From: Promethearchaeia archaeon
Lineage (GTDB): Archaea > Asgardarchaeota > Lokiarchaeia > Sigyniarchaeales > SOKP01
NCBI GenBank assembly: GCA_029856155.1
Contig: JAHQWL010000079.1
Coordinates: forward strand, 1-20,322
Direction: 5' to 3'
DNA: 20,322 nucleotides
The position numbers were made by a program, and so were the translations under genes. Below the pieces are notes generated by a model, which worked only from the letters and a program-made list of their open reading frames with translations, was not told the DNA's origin and did not search any database. Position 1 is the first letter of the stretch, and every line of letters begins with the position of its first letter. Positions 16,505-20,322 of the stretch are shown piece by piece.

Positions 16505-19108
16505 CTAACTAATTTTTTTTCTAAAAAACAAATTTTTACATTTTAATATTTTCAAAATAAGGATAATGCTGATAAGAGATATTGTTCCTATAATAAGATT
16601 TAAATCATATCCTGGAATTCCAGGGGGTGATGACGCAGGCATATCATCTGAGGAAAGATCTTTTACTATTATAACATCTTTATAACAAGACCTCTCCTCA
16701 ATATCTTGAGCATAAAAGCTTATTGTTATATGCCCTTCTGGTAAAGCATCCCAGACAGTCTGATCAATAAGATCTGTCAATATAGTGATATAATAAACAG
16801 TAGTTCCACCATTTAATGTATACCAGATCAAATCAATATCATCACCAATAATAGAGATACTATATGCAGGAGCATATCGTCCATATACAGCATTCATCTC
16901 CGGATTATTTATATCTATTGATAATTGAATAACTTCGACAAGAATATAATTTATTAATGTAAGATTGTCAGAATCTCCATTAAAATCTATAATAATTAGG
17001 GAGACTGAATATGTACCTGGAATACTATAAATATGGATAGGATTTTTTTCAGTAGAAATTAGACTTCCATCCCCAAAGTCCCATTCGAATGTAGCGGGAG
17101 TATTACCTTCGCTTCCTATGAATGTGAATTGGACACTTTCATCAACATCTATAATTGTTTCATCAGCAATGAAATTAGCAATAGGACTAATATCTGCTAT
17201 TACAGAAATCAAATTTATTTTCATTTCAATATCTATATCACCATCAATATCTGTTAACGTTAAAGTAACGGTAAAATTATCAACAGTATTGTAATAATGG
17301 TGAGGATTCTGTTCATTAGAAGTAGGACTTCCATCACCAAAATCCCAAAGAAAGATTGTAGGGAGATTGCCAATATTCCCGATAAATATGAAATTAACCC
17401 ATCCCTCTCCTATCAACAAGCTTGTATTTACATTAAAATCAGCATTTGGTAATAAATCGATATCCACGACAACATAATCCATGTGCGCATCAAAATCACC
17501 ATTATTATCTGTTACATTTAATATTATCCAGAATAAACCCGATGAATTGTATTGATGTATAGGATTTTTTTCTGTAGAAATTGGACTACCATCTCCAAAG
17601 TTCCATTGAAATGTAGCGGGAGCAGTTCCTTCAGTTCCAGTAAAATTAAATTGTACCCATTGACCCTCTATAATTTCTGTTCGATTAGCAGTAAAATTAG
17701 CTATTGGTAATTCATTGAGATTTACTGTTATATAATCAATTTTCTCAATAAAATCAGAATCACCATTTCGATCAGTGACAAGTAGACTAACATTATAAAT
17801 ACCAACATCTGAATATTGGTGTGATGGATTTTGTTCACTCGAAGTAGGAGTACCATCTCCAAAATCCCACAAATATATAGCAGGAGCATTTCCTTCACTT
17901 CCTGTGAAGTTGAACTGGACAATTTCGCTCTGGGAAATATTAATTTCATTAGCTGAAAAATCTGCAATAGGTACTAAATCAGCTTCGACTGTAATATAAT
18001 TTGTTTTCACTTCATTATCAATATCACCATCATTATCAGTAACAGTAAGATCAACTGTGTAATTTCCAGCTGAAGTATATTGGTGAATAGGATTTTTATC
18101 TGTAGATGTAGGAGTACTATCCCCAAAATCCCATAAATAAGTTGTTGGAGTATTACTCTCAGAACCATTAAAAGTGAATTGGACCGACTCACCTTCTAGT
18201 ATTATGGTTGCATTTGAAGTAAAATCTGCAATAGGTGTTGGTTCAATATAATAACGAATTGAATAGTCTGCTGTGTCGTTATTGGGTATATTAGGTTCAA
18301 TAAGTAATACATAAGTATCAGTACTGGAGGGTGTATATGTCATATACTCCGGATCCGAAGATCCGCTTGATTGAGCTAGTACATTATTAGTTAGATCTTG
18401 ATTTACAACTAACCTCATATTAAGATTCCCTAAACCTGAAGTGCGATCAAGCTCGAATTCATACTCTACTCCACTAGTTAATGTTACAAAATAAGCATCT
18501 ACATAATCGGATGTTGTTATACTTCCTGTCGTTGTGGTATCAATATTTAAATTTACCACCCATTCATATAGAAGATCTACTAAATATTCATAAAAATTGT
18601 CTAAAATCCAACTTCCACCGATGTTATAATAACTATGACCATTACTGGGTTCTGTCGCACATATAGAGGGGCAATTACTTGATGTATCTATTCCAATACA
18701 ATAAACTACGGGATCATCATCTAAAAGATAAGTTGGACCCATACATCTAAATGTTCTCCAAGTATCGCTGATAACATGATCAATATTTAAATCTTGATAT
18801 CCTACCCAGAATGATTCTCCTTCAAATATGATTTCCATATTTGTAGGATTGCTTCCGACATTATTATGCATATATCTAATTCCTGTACAAATAACTGTTC
18901 CTTCACCCATATTATAAGTAATGGCTAAATATTCCATAGCTGAAGGATTATCATAAAATACCATCCATCGAGCATTTACATATTCATCATCATAATTCCA
19001 TCCTCGTCTACCAGTTGTTGCAATTCCTGTTTTTAACAAATTTGAGAATAAAAGACAAGAAATAGTAAAAATTAAAAAAATTGACAAATTTTGTTTTTTT
19101 ATTCTAAT
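16505..19108 (-). CDS. Surface protein: signal peptide, shared head + PPC-like domain, 5 PKD domains, Ig-like domain, Loki-CTERM-like anchor (no TIR)
   Basis: Head aligns with those of 9227-11626 and 7656-9194. Five W(D/N)FGD PKD units; C-terminal IPGYDLNLIIGTISLISIILILKILK. ORF-track start is TTG 19087; an in-frame ATT at 19108 behind GGTGA is proposed here. Confidence 0.85.
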   Translation of the reverse strand: MRIKKQNLSIFLIFTISCLLFSNLLKTGIATTGRRGWNYDDEYVNARWMVFYDNPSAMEYLAITYNMGEGTVICTGIRYMHNNVGSNPTNMEIIFEGESFWVGYQDLNIDHVISDTWRTFRCMGPTYLLDDDPVVYCIGIDTSSNCPSICATEPSNGHSYYNIGGSWILDNFYEYLVDLLYEWVVNLNIDTTTTGSITTSDYVDAYFVTLTSGVEYEFELDRTSGLGNLNMRLVVNQDLTNNVLAQSSGSSDPEYMTYTPSSTDTYVLLIEPNIPNNDTADYSIRYYIEPTPIADFTSNATIILEGESVQFTFNGSESNTPTTYLWDFGDSTPTSTDKNPIHQYTSAGNYTVDLTVTDNDGDIDNEVKTNYITVEADLVPIADFSANEINISQSEIVQFNFTGSEGNAPAIYLWDFGDGTPTSSEQNPSHQYSDVGIYNVSLLVTDRNGDSDFIEKIDYITVNLNELPIANFTANRTEIIEGQWVQFNFTGTEGTAPATFQWNFGDGSPISTEKNPIHQYNSSGLFWIILNVTDNNGDFDAHMDYVVVDIDLLPNADFNVNTSLLIGEGWVNFIFIGNIGNLPTIFLWDFGDGSPTSNEQNPHHYYNTVDNFTVTLTLTDIDGDIDIEMKINLISVIADISPIANFIADETIIDVDESVQFTFIGSEGNTPATFEWDFGDGSLISTEKNPIHIYSIPGTYSVSLIIIDFNGDSDNLTLINYILVEVIQLSIDINNPEMNAVYGRYAPAYSISIIGDDIDLIWYTLNGGTTVYYITILTDLIDQTVWDALPEGHITISFYAQDIEERSCYKDVIIVKDLSSDDMPASSPPGIPGYDLNLIIGTISLISIILILKILKCKNLFFRKKIS
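16935..18240 (-). repeat. Five tandem PKD domains (~86-88 aa each)
   Basis: P(I/N)A(D/N)F...W(D/N)FGD(G/S)...NP(I/S/H)HxY...D(x)xGD repeated five times; diverged at DNA level. Confidence 0.9.
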
Positions 19109-19115
19109 TTGATTT

Positions 19116-19170
19116 TCACCGAGATTAAATCTTTTTATTGTGTATTACTATAATGTCAATATATAAAAAT
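19116..19170 (-). promoter_or_regulatory. Putative archaeal promoter (TATA) and SD-like GGTGA for the surface cluster's first gene
   Basis: Minus strand GAAACATTTTTATATA near 19160-19175 and GGTGA at 19120-19116. Spacing fits a start site near 19135. Confidence 0.45.
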
Positions 19171-19313
19171 GTTTCATATGAAGAAAAATCTTTAATAGAG
19201 TTTTGAATTAAAAATAATCTTATTTACGGATTTTTAGATATGTAATAAAAATTATAGACTCTATAATACTAGTAATAACCTCCTCAATTAATTTGAAAAT
19301 TGAGCATTCATAC

Positions 19314-19336
19314 TAATTTCTAAAGGTTAGAAATTA
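19314..19336. promoter_or_regulatory. Perfect 10-bp inverted repeat TAATTTCTAA-AGG-TTAGAAATTA
   Basis: Read directly from sequence. Lies 45 nt past the stop of the vWA gene and upstream of the surface-cluster promoter. Confidence 0.4.
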
Positions 19337-19381
19337 TTCTTTATTATATCTACAATAGAAATAAATATTTGTGGTGATAAT

Positions 19382-20322
19382 CTAATTATTAATAATTTTT
19401 GCCCCACAAAATCTACATGCCTTAATTTCTTTATTCATTTTTTGAAGACAAGGTTCATGATAATACGCATTACAATTTTCACATTGATAAACTTTAAAAT
19501 CTCCTAAAAAAATGCTATGGCAATAGGAACATGATGCGTTAATTTGATCGATTTTTTCTTCAGGTATTAAGCTCATTTTTGTATTGGATAATTCATCCTC
19601 ATCTACAATTATTATACCTTGAGATAATTCTTCTTTATCTTTGACTAATTTTAAAGCGGCTGCTGGAATCGATAGAAGAAAGAAGCAGAAAGGGCATCTG
19701 AACACATTTTCGCTGTATTCTGTTTTTTTAGCCCACATAGCTGCACAAGATAAATGCATTACGCGATCACAATTGGGGCAAAAACGGCCCTCACTGAAGA
19801 AATCAGCACCTGTAACTGCCGCTTTAACAGAATGGCAGATTTGGCACTTTTTTTGTCCTCGATCCCTCCCTCCTATCATTAACCTAATATCTAATAAAGA
19901 TGGTCTTCTTAATGGTAAGGCAATCTCACTGACAAGAGGGGCAATAGTATCTTTTTTATCTGGGGAAAAATAATCTATGCCTTCTTTCACATCTTTCTTT
20001 GAAGCGAACGCTTTACCTGCAGAAATTATTGATTTAGTATCATTAAAATATCCATATTCTCCTCCAGTTTTTTGGGTTATTCTCTTTAAAGAATTTTCTC
20101 CATATTCTTGTTTACCTCCTAATTGGCAAGCATCAATAAACACACTCAAACCCTTAGCAATTTCAATCATTTTTACTAATTTGTTAGTATCAGTGTTTAA
20201 TTTGTTATCAGTAATTATAAAAATACGCGGTATTTTTCCCCCAATTTTACGCATTTCCTCAACAAGAATTTGTAAAGCGAATGCAATCCCTTCATGTAAA
20301 TATCCCCGTCCCGAAATTTGAA
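19382..20322 (-). CDS. vWA-domain protein with two C4HC3 (RING-variant/PHD-like) zinc fingers; TFIIH p34/p44-like; 5' truncated by window
   Basis: Frame stays open upstream of the ATG at 20254 to the window edge (QISGRGYLHEGIAFALQILVEE-M). vWA elements RIFIITD, VFIDACQLG, LKRITQKTGGEY. Fingers CQIC..CPNC-x4-H-x2-C..CPFC and CSYC..CENC-x4-H-x2-C..CRFC. Confidence 0.75.
   Translation of the reverse strand, partial: QISGRGYLHEGIAFALQILVEEMRKIGGKIPRIFIITDNKLNTDTNKLVKMIEIAKGLSVFIDACQLGGKQEYGENSLKRITQKTGGEYGYFNDTKSIISAGKAFASKKDVKEGIDYFSPDKKDTIAPLVSEIALPLRRPSLLDIRLMIGGRDRGQKKCQICHSVKAAVTGADFFSEGRFCPNCDRVMHLSCAAMWAKKTEYSENVFRCPFCFFLLSIPAAALKLVKDKEELSQGIIIVDEDELSNTKMSLIPEEKIDQINASCSYCHSIFLGDFKVYQCENCNAYYHEPCLQKMNKEIKACRFCGAKIINN

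Noticed and set aside
19277-19285. Strong SD-like GAGGAGGTT on the minus strand
   Set aside because: No suitably spaced start codon or meaningful ORF follows.
20252-20254. ATG at 20254 as the true start of the vWA gene
   Set aside because: The frame is open to the window edge and the upstream residues continue the vWA fold.
8558-20321. Short ORFs 8558-8851, 14575-14823, 15804-15998, 16119-16343, 17728-17967, 18007-18192, 18481-18666, 19641-19973, 19977-20321
   Set aside because: Alternate-frame or antisense ORFs nested in long genes; composition reflects the host gene's codon pattern.
1-20322. tRNA, rRNA or mobile elements
   Set aside because: No GC-rich structured RNA segment, transposase, integrase or terminal repeats seen; intergenic gaps are short and AT-rich.

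Overview
AT-rich archaeal window, most likely Lokiarchaeia (Asgard): two proteins end in Loki-CTERM-like 'IPGY-TM-basic' tails and the MetRS is archaeal-type. The left part carries a double-domain iron-sulfur flavoprotein, a HEAT-like repeat protein, an AAA+-type P-loop ATPase, a hypothetical protein, a highly divergent RtcB-fold protein and metG. The region 7656-19108 (minus strand) is a four-gene cell-surface cluster. Three of its genes share a paralogous ~260-aa extracellular head. Two of those are single-pass receptors with a cytoplasmic TIR domain: one keeps the catalytic Glu and the other has Glu->Gln. The third has 5 PKD domains and a CTERM anchor but no TIR. Between them sits a 1581-aa protein with two FG-GAP propellers and seven Ig-like repeats. 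This Toll/IL-1-receptor-like set (active, pseudo-enzyme, TIR-less) is the best candidate for an undescribed system. The window ends inside a vWA + double zinc-finger gene resembling TFIIH p34/p44. All calls come from motif recognition by eye; no database searches were run.
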